From a virus (taxonomy: Duplodnaviria > Heunggongvirae > Uroviricota > Caudoviricetes): a stretch of 64,000 bases of DNA. The stretch lies in IMG/VR virus record IMGVR_UViG_3300035498_002028; one strand, given 5' to 3'. The first letter of the stretch is position 1. The number at the start of each line of letters is the position of its first letter. Made by a program: the position numbers and the translations under genes. The notes beneath the pieces are model-generated. The model made no database searches, was not told the origin of the DNA, and saw nothing but the letters and a program-made list of their open reading frames with translations. This document shows, one piece after another, positions 28,651 through 39,476 of this stretch.

Positions 28651-29444
28651 ATAATTACATCCTCAATAAATTCATATAATTGTGGGTCAAGATATCTTTT
28701 AAGCAGCTCTTTATTATTAAAACCAGTACCATGGTAAAATTCCTCTGCTATGCCGCCACCAATAGCGCAAAGGGTATCTGTATCGCATTTTAGACTAAGA
28801 ACATTTCTCAAAAAACTCTCATAATCTTCACTTTCTAAAAAACATCTTACCGCTACTGGTACACTTCCTTGGCATGTCACATCCCATCTGTATGTATCTC
28901 TGATATCACTCAATTTCATATCAGCTGGATACAAGTAATCACCGGAAGGATATTGCTCAATTATATATTTCTCAATTTCCTTTTTGGAAGCGCCACATTT
29001 TGCCATCCAACCAAGAATGGCTGTGACTACAGCTCCCTTTATTCCCTCGTAATGATTGTGTGTGCATATCGCCGTATCTTGCGCCATTACAGCCACATCT
29101 CCAATTTTACTGTCACTGTTAAAAACATCAATTACAGGTGATACCCTCATCGCTGAGCCATTTCCATAACTGTTATATGGTTGGAGTGTGTCATCAATCA
29201 ACCACGTACAAAATGAGCCGCCATATCCCGCCTGCGGATATTGATTTCCAAATATATGATAAGCAATTGCAAAAGGTATGCTTTCTTTAATTGCATATTT
29301 TGTTGCGATTGATAAAACTGTATCATCCGTATATTTACAATCGTCTGTATATAAATCTATATGCCGCCAATCTAAATCATTTGGTCTGCCAAATTCCCAT
29401 CTCGAACCAGCTATATCTCCTAAGATTGCTCCAATAATCGCCAT
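28647..29444 (-). CDS. ADP-ribosylglycohydrolase (DraG/ARH family)
   Basis: MAIIGAILGDIAGSRWEF...DDTVL matches the ARH N-terminal motif. Confidence 0.7.
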   Translation of the reverse strand: MAIIGAILGDIAGSRWEFGRPNDLDWRHIDLYTDDCKYTDDTVLSIATKYAIKESIPFAIAYHIFGNQYPQAGYGGSFCTWLIDDTLQPYNSYGNGSAMRVSPVIDVFNSDSKIGDVAVMAQDTAICTHNHYEGIKGAVVTAILGWMAKCGASKKEIEKYIIEQYPSGDYLYPADMKLSDIRDTYRWDVTCQGSVPVAVRCFLESEDYESFLRNVLSLKCDTDTLCAIGGGIAEEFYHGTGFNNKELLKRYLDPQLYEFIEDVII

Positions 29445-29446
29445 AA

Positions 29447-29857
29447 CTACTCCTTAGTCCATTCCTTGCATTCAACACCATTTTGTATCAACCAATCAGC
29501 AAATAAGTGCCTATGACAGAAATCATCTGGTTTCTCATAGCAAATCAATGCAATATGCCAGTCTTTATTTTGGCTAATATGAGAATCCATTTGCTCTCTG
29601 ATTTCATACGGCAATAATAATTGCAAATCATTCATAACCTTCGCAAAGGTTAATGTGTTCAATACTTCATCACGATAATGCTCAATATAGAAATCATTAT
29701 CATGATTTTGTTTCCATTCCATAAAGAACCCATATTTGGGTGCGACCTTTTTATATTGTAATCCTTTATAGAACCCAGGCACTTTAGCACAAATTGATAT
29801 TGGTACAATGTTTGGTGGCAAATTTCTTAATTGAGCAAAATAACTTGTATAAATCAT
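29447..29857 (-). CDS. hypothetical protein
   Basis: 136-aa ORF. Confidence 0.45.
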   Translation of the reverse strand: MIYTSYFAQLRNLPPNIVPISICAKVPGFYKGLQYKKVAPKYGFFMEWKQNHDNDFYIEHYRDEVLNTLTFAKVMNDLQLLLPYEIREQMDSHISQNKDWHIALICYEKPDDFCHRHLFADWLIQNGVECKEWTKE

Positions 29858-30048
29858 AATTCGTCACCTACTCTGCTTTCTTCTTTTTTGTTTCTGCCAG
29901 TTTCACAATATACATTGCTGCCAGACATAACAACTGGTACACCTCCAGCCAGAGGACAACCCTTACATGCCGGATATCGCGCACATACATTATGAAGATA
30001 GGCAAATCCTTTCTGACTGTCATTGATTGGCATAATGTTTCTCCTATC

Positions 30049-31002
30049 TTAATACTTGATATTTATAGTTCCATGTTCGTTTATCCAATCAAGCATATTT
30101 TTATATCCAAGCCCATTTTCATTTATTGGGCGCATTATAAAATCATATCTTTTTGGATGCATCTCCTTGATGCGTTCAAGCCTATTTGGACATCCATCTG
30201 ATTGTATGCCATAAAGACAAAATTCACATCCAGTTCTCTGACATCTGGTAGTATGTAATAGTCCATTATCATTCTCAACTATTTCTCCATATACATCTTT
30301 TGCATACGGAATATTGAAGTCTCGAATATATTTCAATATATCTTGTTCAGTCCAAAAACTTAAAGGTTGAGAGGTTGGTCTTGTTTTTTGAAACGCATTG
30401 CATCCATATTTAATCCAATTCGATTTACGTTGAGCCGATTCTGCCGCCATAGTCCCAATAAAAGGATGTAGACCAGTCTCTTTCTCGTATTTCTTTGCTG
30501 GATTTTTCTTCATAATGTCACAACACTTATCTCCAATTTGGAACGGAGCATTTACTAAAAAACGCCACTTCTTTGAAATCTTACCTCTCCCATACTTATT
30601 ACCTTCCCAACGTATCGTTCTTAGTTTTTCTGACTTGGTTGTGCGGTATTCTTGTATATAAGAAGATTGCTCTTTGCTTATTATAGGATAACCATATTTT
30701 AAAATAACATCTTTAAAATTCATTTCTGGTCTGAGCCAAGTTACATTGTCAATCGTTTTAACAAAATCTTTTATCTCTGGATATTCCAAACCTGTATCTA
30801 CATATACGGCTGGAACTTCCGGATACAGTTCTCTTACAAGGTGCAAAAGGACTGTACTATCTTTACCTCCACTAAAACTAACATAGACGTTTCCATTAAA
30901 TTCGTTATACCACTGACGTATTCTTGATTTTGTCATAGATATTTTCAAATCTAATGATAAATGTTGCATTATCAGAAGGTCATTATTTGTTCGCGCACTC
31001 AA
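30049..31002 (-). CDS. PAPS reductase-family PP-loop ATPase (DndC-like); possible DNA or nucleotide modification enzyme
   Basis: YVSFSGGKDSTVLLHLV PP-loop motif. Confidence 0.6.
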   Translation of the reverse strand: MSARTNNDLLIMQHLSLDLKISMTKSRIRQWYNEFNGNVYVSFSGGKDSTVLLHLVRELYPEVPAVYVDTGLEYPEIKDFVKTIDNVTWLRPEMNFKDVILKYGYPIISKEQSSYIQEYRTTKSEKLRTIRWEGNKYGRGKISKKWRFLVNAPFQIGDKCCDIMKKNPAKKYEKETGLHPFIGTMAAESAQRKSNWIKYGCNAFQKTRPTSQPLSFWTEQDILKYIRDFNIPYAKDVYGEIVENDNGLLHTTRCQRTGCEFCLYGIQSDGCPNRLERIKEMHPKRYDFIMRPINENGLGYKNMLDWINEHGTINIKY

Positions 31003-31196
31003 TTATTTTCTTTCCTTTAACATGATATTTCATCAAGTGTTAAAGGAATTTATCTCATTCTTAGCTGCAATTACTTTAGCGCATGGTGTGAGATTTTATG
31101 TTTTAACCAATTGTCACAATACAAAAATAGATGATATACCTTTGTATGCTATACAACCCTGTTTACAGGGTTTTGAAAAAATTGAGTATAAAATGT

Positions 31197-31529
31197 TTAG
31201 TCCAGCCCAAGGACTAATTCACCCAGATACGAACAATCAAGAATTTCTACGTTTGATATCTTGCGCTCTGGATGATTTTTATTTAATTTTTCTATATGCT
31301 CTTTGAATTCCATATCAATCACATCCCATGACGATTCCGGCAAGAAGAAATATTTTGTTGCCTGTTTATCGTTGCCGCGATTCGTCTTATAACTGTAGAC
31401 CACTTTCCAACATGGTATGTCAATAGTTTCAGAAGCAATTTGACGAGGGTGGCACCGAACCACCTCAAGCATCTTACTATCATTTACCTTAGATTGTAAA
31501 AGAATGTCTGAAATCTTCATCAATGTCAC
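31197..31529 (-). CDS. hypothetical protein
   Basis: 110-aa ORF. Confidence 0.4.
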   Translation of the reverse strand: MTLMKISDILLQSKVNDSKMLEVVRCHPRQIASETIDIPCWKVVYSYKTNRGNDKQATKYFFLPESSWDVIDMEFKEHIEKLNKNHPERKISNVEILDCSYLGELVLGLD

Positions 31530-31540
31530 CCTCTTGTATA

Positions 31541-32446
31541 TTACTTATCCGTTGTTTCTGTTTCCTCATTTGAAGAATTATTGAGAATCAATGATAAATC
31601 ATCGCCCATGTACTGTGGCAGTTCTCCATTCCACTTCTCAACCTTATTGTTGTCAATCAGCTCTTGTGTGATTGAAGCAGCTAACTTTTTATTTGCTTCC
31701 GCTTCTGCTTCGGCTTTAATTTTAGTAGCATCTGCTTCTGCCTGTGCATCTGTTAATTTAACCTTTGCTTCGGCTTCTGCCTTATCAATGGCAGTCTGAT
31801 TGTTAATCGCCTGTGTCTCAGCGTTCTGCTGCGCAGTAATCTTTGCGTTGATAGCTTCTTGTGTTTCCTCATCTACTTCAATATTGATTAAAGAAACATT
31901 GCTAATCGTAATTCCATATGCTTCAAACTTCTGCGCTAAATATTCTGTAAGTGCAAGATTTACATTCGCGCGCTCTGAGCCAAGAATGTCCGACACTTTA
32001 TATTTCGCCACAATTTCTTTTGTCCAGGAAATAATGTTTGGCTTGATAAAGCTATCACGAACCTCTTTTCCAGACTGCCCTTTGAACTCTGTAAACACAT
32101 TTGTTACACTGTCTTGCTGATACTGATATGTAAAGGTTAAATCCAATGTCATGGCTTTTCCCTCTGACGAACTTGCCGTAAAACTTTCATCCTTACTAGA
32201 ATCGCCATCATCTCCCGCAGTCAAGTAACTCTGCTCGATACCTACCGTATATAATGTTGTGTGTGTTGACGGAGCAATCAAATGCCAACCCTGTGTCAAC
32301 ACATCATCTTTAACTCCACCATTCATATTGTACTGAACAGCCACGTAACCTGCCGGAACTCTTGATACACTCATGCCTAACAAGATAACCACGGCAATAA
32401 TGATAACTGCAAGCGAAATGCCGCCTACTAAACCACTTTTCTTCAT
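31541..32446 (-). CDS. SPFH/band-7 (prohibitin/HflC-like) membrane protein
   Basis: N-terminal TM helix, SPFH core and an Ala/Glu/Lys-rich coiled coil (AEAEAKVKLTDAQAEADATKIKAEAEAEANKK). Confidence 0.6.
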   Translation of the reverse strand: MKKSGLVGGISLAVIIIAVVILLGMSVSRVPAGYVAVQYNMNGGVKDDVLTQGWHLIAPSTHTTLYTVGIEQSYLTAGDDGDSSKDESFTASSSEGKAMTLDLTFTYQYQQDSVTNVFTEFKGQSGKEVRDSFIKPNIISWTKEIVAKYKVSDILGSERANVNLALTEYLAQKFEAYGITISNVSLINIEVDEETQEAINAKITAQQNAETQAINNQTAIDKAEAEAKVKLTDAQAEADATKIKAEAEAEANKKLAASITQELIDNNKVEKWNGELPQYMGDDLSLILNNSSNEETETTDK

Positions 32447-32608
32447 TTTGAATTTACCTCACTTTCCTCTTCGTCCTTCATAATATCTATTGCATCTTTA
32501 CCGATAGTACCGATAAATTTGCCAATAGGCTTATAAAGAGAAGATGCCAGAAACCAAACCGCAACACAAATAATAATTACGATTATAATAAATACCGGAT
32601 TCATGTTT
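32447..32608 (-). CDS. small membrane protein translationally coupled to the SPFH gene (below the ORF-track size cutoff)
   Basis: ATG at 32608; MNPVFIIIVIIICVAVWFLASSLYK...; its stop overlaps the ATG of the SPFH gene. Confidence 0.35.
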
Positions 32609-32809
32609 TCTTCCTTTCTTAATAATATAGTTTATTTAAAACAGCTCAAATGCTTCTTTAGCTAACTGGTTATCCAGTTACGAGTTTGAATCGTCCACTG
32701 CTTTATTCTGTTTCTCAGTGCGTTTCTTCTGCCGCTTTAGCCATAATACTTGTCCAATGAGCTAATTCTGTTTTTGTCTTTCTCCTACCATGATTCTTTC
32801 CCATTGCTT

Positions 32810-33082
32810 TTAACCTACCTTTCCACAATAAATGTACTTCGTAAATGTAGCTTCATTACCATATCTGTCTGTGCCAGTACGGTCTAAACTTTCGATATTA
32901 TAGTGCTTTCTTAGGTTATAAATAATTGCACTTAACCTTGTAGCGCCATAATTATCAATAGCTTCCCAACTTGTAATACTTCCGTATTTTTGCAAGTGGT
33001 TTAAAACTTTCTGAGTTTTTGTAACCCTTTTTGTTCTCTGCACCTTTTTCACTGGATGCTCGCCCCCTTTACTTAGCCACAA
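32810..33082 (-). CDS. winged helix-turn-helix DNA-binding protein
   Basis: LNHLQKYGSITSWEAIDNYGATRLSAIIYNLRK matches a common phage HTH family; the true start is probably a GTG with an AAAGGGGG RBS inside the listed ORF. Confidence 0.55.
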   Translation of the reverse strand: MWLSKGGEHPVKKVQRTKRVTKTQKVLNHLQKYGSITSWEAIDNYGATRLSAIIYNLRKHYNIESLDRTGTDRYGNEATFTKYIYCGKVG

Positions 33083-33305
33083 TCTTTGCTAAAATATATG
33101 TTTCTCATTTTTGGCTACCTTTCTATTTGTTCTGTCTTGGTTTTGGTGCAGGTAATAATACTTTTGGAATATTACCACTACCTCCACCAGCCTTTAATGC
33201 TCTTGCAATTCCGTTTACATCATATACGGCTTGCTCAAAATGCCAACCATATGGGCTTAATCCTTTTAATGGATTAACAACCTCTGCATTATTCTTCATA
33301 CTTAT

Positions 33306-35187
33306 CTATCCTTTTTCAATCAATTTATAAGCATTTCTAAGAGAGCTACTACCAATATTCAATGTAAGTGTTCCAATAGTATCTTGGTCTTTTCTTATAT
33401 TGCTATTGTAATCATCATATACAATGGTATCTGATTTATTATCTGACACCAATGTTGCTGTAACAGTACCATGATTTTCTTTTACGCAAGGTGCACAACC
33501 AGAAGAAGAAACTATTCTACTTGCATCATGGTTACTTTTCATGTAGTTTCCTAGAACTTCAATTCTACTACTCCCCCGACACAATCATGTGTTAATGGAA
33601 TATCAGAAACTATAAAACTCTCTTCTCCATTTGTACCACCATTGATATCATCAAATAATTTATCTAATGCACACTCAAAGGCTCCTATTCCAGAGAAAAA
33701 GCTGCCGACCTTTAAATTGTCAAATAAATAAGGCATAGCTTTGTATAAATTTTTGTATATGTAATATAAAACATCAACCACAATTGAGTTTCCAGCTTGT
33801 TTGTATAGCTGCGTATTACTAACACCAGCATTACTAGCTCTGTCAAATGCTTCATCAGAAAAAGCCATAAGTCTAAAACATTCTCTTGGTGTTAATTTAC
33901 GGATTCTATAACCAACATTATTATTTTGTTCTATCACTCTTTTACCCCCCGGAATCTATTGTACGGATTGTTCCACATACATTATCTTTGAATGTACGCA
34001 AACCTTCATCCATTCTTTTCTCACAAATAATCTTTTCCATATCATCACTACTTTCTGAATACTTCATCATTTTCTTTATCCAAAATCAAAATTTTAGGTG
34101 GGTCTTTATAATCTGTTGCTCTTAATGATTGGCAACACCCCCCGATAGATAGAACTCTTACTCTATCCTGGCATCCTTTGTTTGGATTTAATGAACCTAT
34201 AACGCAAATTCCACTGTTCTTTTTCTTCATATAATTACTCCTTTTTGCTATGTTCTATAATTGCTGTTGGAGATTTATAATCACAAGCATTCAAACACCT
34301 AGTAATACCATTTGAATCATAAACCATGTTTGACTGATGTTTTCCAGTACCTTTATCAAGATAACCAACACAGTTTACACTTGAATCATATCCCATTGAT
34401 GTCTGTCTATGCTTCCTCTCCCCCCCCCCCCCGCACGAACAGTATTAGAAAATTCTTTATTTAGTTTTCCATTCTTTTCTAAATCTTCTAATAGCTCTTT
34501 TGCCTTTGGAGTATTAACATAAAACTTTTGGTCAACCTCATCTTCTAATACATCTTTAAGACGTATATCGCTATTAAATCCTTCCGGAAATTCAAAGAAT
34601 CCGTTATCTAATTCTTTTTTGATGATTACTAGATATACTCGTTCTCTATTCTGAGGTACACCGAAATCTTTTGCATTTAACACCTTGTAATATGTGTTAT
34701 ATCCGTATTCATTTAGTTCTTCAATGAACATATTAAATGTGTCTTTGAACTGTTTCCCTACAATATTTTTTACATTTTCATATATGCCCCAATTTGGTTT
34801 ATTGGCTCTTATTACTCTTAACCATTCAACTAATAATGAAGAGCGTGTCTTATCAATTTCTTCACTATCACATACAGGGCACTTATGCCTTTTTGAATAA
34901 TGAACTGTTAATGGATTGTATTCGTGATTACACTTTATACACTTCCATTTACTACCAGCTTGCTTACCTGCCACTGAAAAATCTTGACAAGGCGAACCTC
35001 CACAAATCATTGTAAATGGTTTTAATTCACTTTCATCAACCTTAGTAATATCGCCAAGATTCAAACTTTCGTCAACATCATGGATTGCACAGTAACTTTT
35101 TGTTGCATATTTATCAAATTCACAAAAATTTACAAGCTCATATCCTTTAGATGTTGAACTTATATTTTTATTTGTCATAATAAACAC
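33306..35187 (-). pseudogene. C5-cytosine DNA methyltransferase region broken into at least 4 frames by poly-G/C tracts (13, 6, 6 and 5 nt)
   Basis: 35187-34375 carries motifs II-VIII (EFDKYATKSY, GGSPCQDFS, ENV, GVPQNRERVY), ending in the C13 run at 34420-34432. 34230-34048 has a TRD-like piece (QDRVRVLSIGG...DYKDPPKI). 33937-33551 has motifs IX/X (RKLTPRECFRLMAF, QAGNSIVVD) then a motif-I-like VGSFFSGIGAFE. 33584-33306 is reachable across a C5 run. Confidence 0.6.
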
Positions 35188-35537
35188 TCCTATTTTGGTT
35201 TGTCTCTAATACAGAACCTATATATTCTGTAGAAACAATTGAATTATTGGTTTCTAAATTACCAACTTTTGCCTATTTATAAGGCTAAAATAAAAATATA
35301 ATTTTACTTACTATTCGCGGCTAATCCGCACAAGATGATTTCTCATTTTTAATATCAATGTTTTAATAGCTGTGTTTTGCTTGGAATTTAATCCAGGTCT
35401 TTATCACCACTAACACAAGCGCCTTTTCTAAGAGGAACACTTTTTCTATAAAACAAAGAGAATTTTAAGATGGTTTACTCCACCTGTTTTTATCCTGCTT
35501 CTAACATGCAGTCCATCTTGTGCTGCCGCATCGAATA

Positions 35538-35978
35538 TTAAGATAATTTCTTTAAGTAATCGTCAACACACTTTGCAATAATCTTATTGTCAGCTTTACC
35601 CTTTAGCTCAGCCATTACTAACTTCATACATGTGCCTTTATTGTCTGCTCCGGAATTTGAAAGGATTTCGTCTACCTTATCAGCAGTTTCATTCTCATCC
35701 ATCATTTTCGGCAAATATGAGGACAACACTTCAATTTTGTAAAGTGTAGATTTATATAAATCAGATTCTTGCCTGTTCACAAGAGAATCCTTTGTCTGAT
35801 TAAGTTGCTTCAATTCCTTTTTGATTCCATCAAGCATAATGTCATCAGTAATATCACATTTGTTTGTCTTTGCAATATCCTGCGCTTTTGCGACTGCCAT
35901 TTTCAATGTGTCGCGTTTATCGACATCTTTTGACTTCATAGCATCTTTGATTGCGCCCTGGATTGTCTGATACATCAT
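35538..35978 (-). CDS. GatB/YqeY-domain protein
   Basis: The pattern ...KSKDVDKRDTLKMAVAKAQ...LYKSTLYKIEVLSSYLPKMMDENE matches the YqeY consensus. Confidence 0.5.
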   Translation of the reverse strand: MMYQTIQGAIKDAMKSKDVDKRDTLKMAVAKAQDIAKTNKCDITDDIMLDGIKKELKQLNQTKDSLVNRQESDLYKSTLYKIEVLSSYLPKMMDENETADKVDEILSNSGADNKGTCMKLVMAELKGKADNKIIAKCVDDYLKKLS

Positions 35979-35980
35979 TT

Positions 35981-36271
35981 TTACTTTTCTCCCTCTGTTT
36001 CTGTACTTGCAAATAATGTATTGTACTTTGCAATGGTATCAACATTCTTTGCCTTCATATCTAAAAGTTTCTGTTCGGTATCATTAAGAGCAGCCTTCTT
36101 TTCGGCAATCTCTTTAAGAGACTGGTCAATACCCTCGTTAATTTGGCTCAATGACTGTATTGCCAGAGTGATTTCATTTTCGACTACATTGGATTCACTT
36201 CCGTAATAATCAAGTTCACTTTTCTTTTCCTCGAAGAAATCTGCATTTGTTGTGTTTCTTAAAAGTCCCAT
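35981..36271 (-). CDS. hypothetical coiled-coil protein
   Basis: 96-aa ORF. Confidence 0.4.
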   Translation of the reverse strand: MGLLRNTTNADFFEEKKSELDYYGSESNVVENEITLAIQSLSQINEGIDQSLKEIAEKKAALNDTEQKLLDMKAKNVDTIAKYNTLFASTETEGEK

Positions 36272-36314
36272 TGTTTCGTTCTCCTTTTCCTTGTTGTTCT
36301 GTCTTGGTTTTAAA

Positions 36315-37304
36315 TTATTTAATAAAGCTCAAGATGTGTGAAATTATATCCACAGTCCATCCATCGCCCAAAACATTCGCTGCGTCATTTCGATTTAAGC
36401 ATTTAGTATATCCTTCTGGAACCGTTTGGCATCTTTCTAATTCCAACTGATTCATATATCTTACACCATTAAATACATCGCCTGTATAATTATCTAAATC
36501 ACTCGCCGCTACTTTTCTTTTTCCACCAGATAGTCTATTATATTCTTTCACGCATTGTTCATAATGAGTTTCATCTTTAAATATCAATGTCGTAAATCCA
36601 GTAGAATAATACCGATGAAACATTTTTACTGGTGTAGCATTTGGTCTGCTATCAATAACTGCCAAACATCTTGCTTTTTCACGGTCTGTATAGCCATCAG
36701 TAAGGATGTCTTTTAACAATATTCCTTTATCTTCTGGTTGTGTTATGCCAGGTATATTTGTCCAATAATATCTTTTTCTTAAAGCCGGAGCAACTAATCG
36801 ACTATCAATTTTTATCGGTTGCAAACCTAAGAATGCACTGATTGTATCCTTATCAGAATCTTTCATACTTGCTACATTTTCCATTAGAAAATATGTAGGT
36901 TTCACTTCTTTTAAAATTCGACTACACTGATAAAACAAACCCGATTTTTCAAGATTTTCTAATCCTACTCTTTTTTCTGTAGGAATTGCAATAGAAAACG
37001 TTTGGCAAGGACTTCCAAAAATCATCAAATCAAAATGTGGTACGATATAATTACCCGATTCTGTTTTTAAAATATGGTTTTCATATGATACTTTATTCAC
37101 ATCACCAATTTGTATAATATCTGGATAATTTTCTTTTGAAACTTTTATGCCAATATCCTTGATTTCACTTGCATAATACTTATCTACTTCTATTCCAGCT
37201 CGTTCTAAAGCAATTCTGCCGCAGGACATACCATCACATAGACTTAATACCGTTAAGCCTTTGTTTGTTGATAAAATACCTTTTTGATTATCGTTTATTC
37301 CCAT
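36315..37304 (-). CDS. C5-cytosine DNA methyltransferase (Dcm-like)
   Basis: LSLCDGMSCGRIALERAG (motif I), FGSPCQTFS (IV), ENV (VI); a consensus sigma70 promoter lies just upstream. Confidence 0.8.
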   Translation of the reverse strand: MGINDNQKGILSTNKGLTVLSLCDGMSCGRIALERAGIEVDKYYASEIKDIGIKVSKENYPDIIQIGDVNKVSYENHILKTESGNYIVPHFDLMIFGSPCQTFSIAIPTEKRVGLENLEKSGLFYQCSRILKEVKPTYFLMENVASMKDSDKDTISAFLGLQPIKIDSRLVAPALRKRYYWTNIPGITQPEDKGILLKDILTDGYTDREKARCLAVIDSRPNATPVKMFHRYYSTGFTTLIFKDETHYEQCVKEYNRLSGGKRKVAASDLDNYTGDVFNGVRYMNQLELERCQTVPEGYTKCLNRNDAANVLGDGWTVDIISHILSFIK

Positions 37305-37434
37305 AAAACCTCCTAATTGGGCGAATTATATACACCCTTGATAATTTTTGACAATTTTGTAGTGCTGTAAAGTCCCCTACTTTGGGGATTTAGGGTGCTA
37401 TAAAAAAGGTATTTTGCTTTATTCCCTAACCTTA

Positions 37435-37480
37435 TGATTGATTATAACACCCTCGCAATATGATGTCAATACTTTTTCTG
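37435..37480 (-). promoter_or_regulatory. Consensus sigma70 promoter (TTGACA-N17-TATAAT) with conserved CAGAAAAAGTATTGACA
   Basis: Minus strand: TTGACA at 37469-37464, TATAAT at 37446-37441; upstream of the C5-MTase gene start (37304). Confidence 0.6.
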
Positions 37481-37493
37481 CATTATTTATAAA

Positions 37494-39476
37494 TTACTTA
37501 CAAAGCTCCATAAATTCTTCCTCAGATATAATTTGTGTACCAAATTTAATAGCTTTCTGATTCTTGCTGCTGCCAGATTCTTTATCATTTGTGATAAGAT
37601 AATTCGTCTTTGCAGTTACGCCGGATACAATCTTACCACCATACTTTTCAATTTCTTCAACTAATGCATCCCGATTAGAAAAATGAATCAGTTTTCCAGT
37701 GATACAGAATGACTTACCACCAAGTTTATTGTTTGCAACCGTCTGTTCATCATCTTCTGCAATCTCCAAAATACTGATTAAAGGCTCAATTTCAGCTCGA
37801 TTACTCTGAATAAATGAATTGATATTGTTGCTTGTTACTGTGCCAAAATCTTCAAGTTGTGTCCAATCATAATTACAGCAAGCCAAAGAAATAAATGTTT
37901 CTAATGCTTTTCCATTCTTCCTCATTGACATACAATGTTTTGACAATGACTTCGCACTCGATTTCCCGACACCTGGAATACCTATCGCTGTTAATACACT
38001 TGATAATTTACATTGTCGGCTCTCTTCTATTGATTTTAACAAATTTGAAACACTGCTCTTACCATATCCATCAAGTTTCTCAATTGAATCTTTATGAATA
38101 TATAACTTGTAAATACTTTCAAAATCTGAAATATATCCAAGCTCCATCAACATTCTAAGTCTTTCATCGGACAATCCAACGATATTCATTCCTTCTCTTG
38201 AACAAAAATTTGCCATCTTATCATGTAATCTTGCCGGACAGTTTTCATTGATACAATTCAATGTTTCCCGCTGGTTATCGTCTTTAATAACTGCTCTGCC
38301 GCCACAGCAAGGGCATTGTGTAGGAATCTTATATGTATCACTTTGCGTGAGATTCTCCATGATTTTAGGTATAATCTGATTGGATTTGATAATGGTAACT
38401 GTATCTCCAATACCCAGCTTTAAATCCTTTATAATACTCACATTATTCAAAGTAGCCCGACTAACAGTAGTGCCATCAATTTCAACTGGCTCAACAATTG
38501 CAACAGGATTTATTAAGCCTGTTCTACTCGTTGACCACTCAATGTCAATAAGTTCTGTCTCATTTCTCTCTTGATAGAATTTGAATGCTAATGAGTGCTT
38601 TGGATGATGACCCGTCATCCCAAGGTTGTTACCATACTGAATATCATCAAACATTCCAACCATTCCATCAATCGGATAATATTTTTCTTCACAGATTTTT
38701 TTCAACATCTCAATTGACTGTTCACATTGATTTTCCAAATCCTCACAGTATACGAGAGGAACAACTTCAAATCCCAATTTATCCAGCAATATAAAGTTTA
38801 GAGAATTCTTGTTAAATTCTCGTTTTCCATCTTTATCCTCTGCTTTATACAGTTTCCAAGCAATAAACTTAATTTTTCTCTTTGCTGCTATCTCACTGTT
38901 AAGCTGCCTTACTGAACCACTAACAAGATTTCTAGGATTTTTATAAGGGACTATTTCACTTTCATTGATTCCCTTGAACGTTTCATAATCAATAATTGCT
39001 TCTCCATCAATCCATAACTTGCCTTTGTATGGAATTTGAAATGGAAGATTTACAAACGTGCGAACATTATTCGTGATATCTTCCCCAATCTCTCCGTTGC
39101 CACGGCTCTCCGCTCTAACTAATTCCCCATCTTCATAATATAAAGAGCATGTAAGTCCATCCATCTTAGCCATTAAAACCATTGGCTTCTTGCCAAAATA
39201 CACAATGAAATCACTCAACTCCGTTGTCTTTCCAAGAGATAATAAAGGATGGTCATGTTTTACTTTTTCCAACTTACTTAATACTTCATAACCAACGCTT
39301 TGGGTAGGAGAATTTGCATATATAATACCTGTCTCTTCTTCAAGTGCAGCAAGTTCATCAAAAAGTTTGTCATACTCTTTATCACTTATAATACTTGTAT
39401 TATCATTGTAATATGCATTACGATAAACATTTAGTTTTTCAACAAGTTCCTGTACTCTATTCACCCTCTTCACCAC
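37494..39476 (-). CDS. ligA: NAD-dependent DNA ligase
   Basis: KMDGLTCSLYYEDGEL (KxDG adenylation motif), CPCCGGRAV zinc finger, HhH and C-terminal BRCT-like region; 660 aa. Confidence 0.85.
   Translation of the reverse strand: MVKRVNRVQELVEKLNVYRNAYYNDNTSIISDKEYDKLFDELAALEEETGIIYANSPTQSVGYEVLSKLEKVKHDHPLLSLGKTTELSDFIVYFGKKPMVLMAKMDGLTCSLYYEDGELVRAESRGNGEIGEDITNNVRTFVNLPFQIPYKGKLWIDGEAIIDYETFKGINESEIVPYKNPRNLVSGSVRQLNSEIAAKRKIKFIAWKLYKAEDKDGKREFNKNSLNFILLDKLGFEVVPLVYCEDLENQCEQSIEMLKKICEEKYYPIDGMVGMFDDIQYGNNLGMTGHHPKHSLAFKFYQERNETELIDIEWSTSRTGLINPVAIVEPVEIDGTTVSRATLNNVSIIKDLKLGIGDTVTIIKSNQIIPKIMENLTQSDTYKIPTQCPCCGGRAVIKDDNQRETLNCINENCPARLHDKMANFCSREGMNIVGLSDERLRMLMELGYISDFESIYKLYIHKDSIEKLDGYGKSSVSNLLKSIEESRQCKLSSVLTAIGIPGVGKSSAKSLSKHCMSMRKNGKALETFISLACCNYDWTQLEDFGTVTSNNINSFIQSNRAEIEPLISILEIAEDDEQTVANNKLGGKSFCITGKLIHFSNRDALVEEIEKYGGKIVSGVTAKTNYLITNDKESGSSKNQKAIKFGTQIISEEEFMELCK

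Noticed and set aside
33551-33937. A circularly permuted C5-MTase with motif I at the C-terminus
   Set aside because: The motif-I-like segment starts with the classic N-terminal KVGSFFSGIGA context. The region is riddled with homopolymer frameshifts. Two tandem or fragmented MTase genes is the simpler reading, though permutation is not fully excluded.
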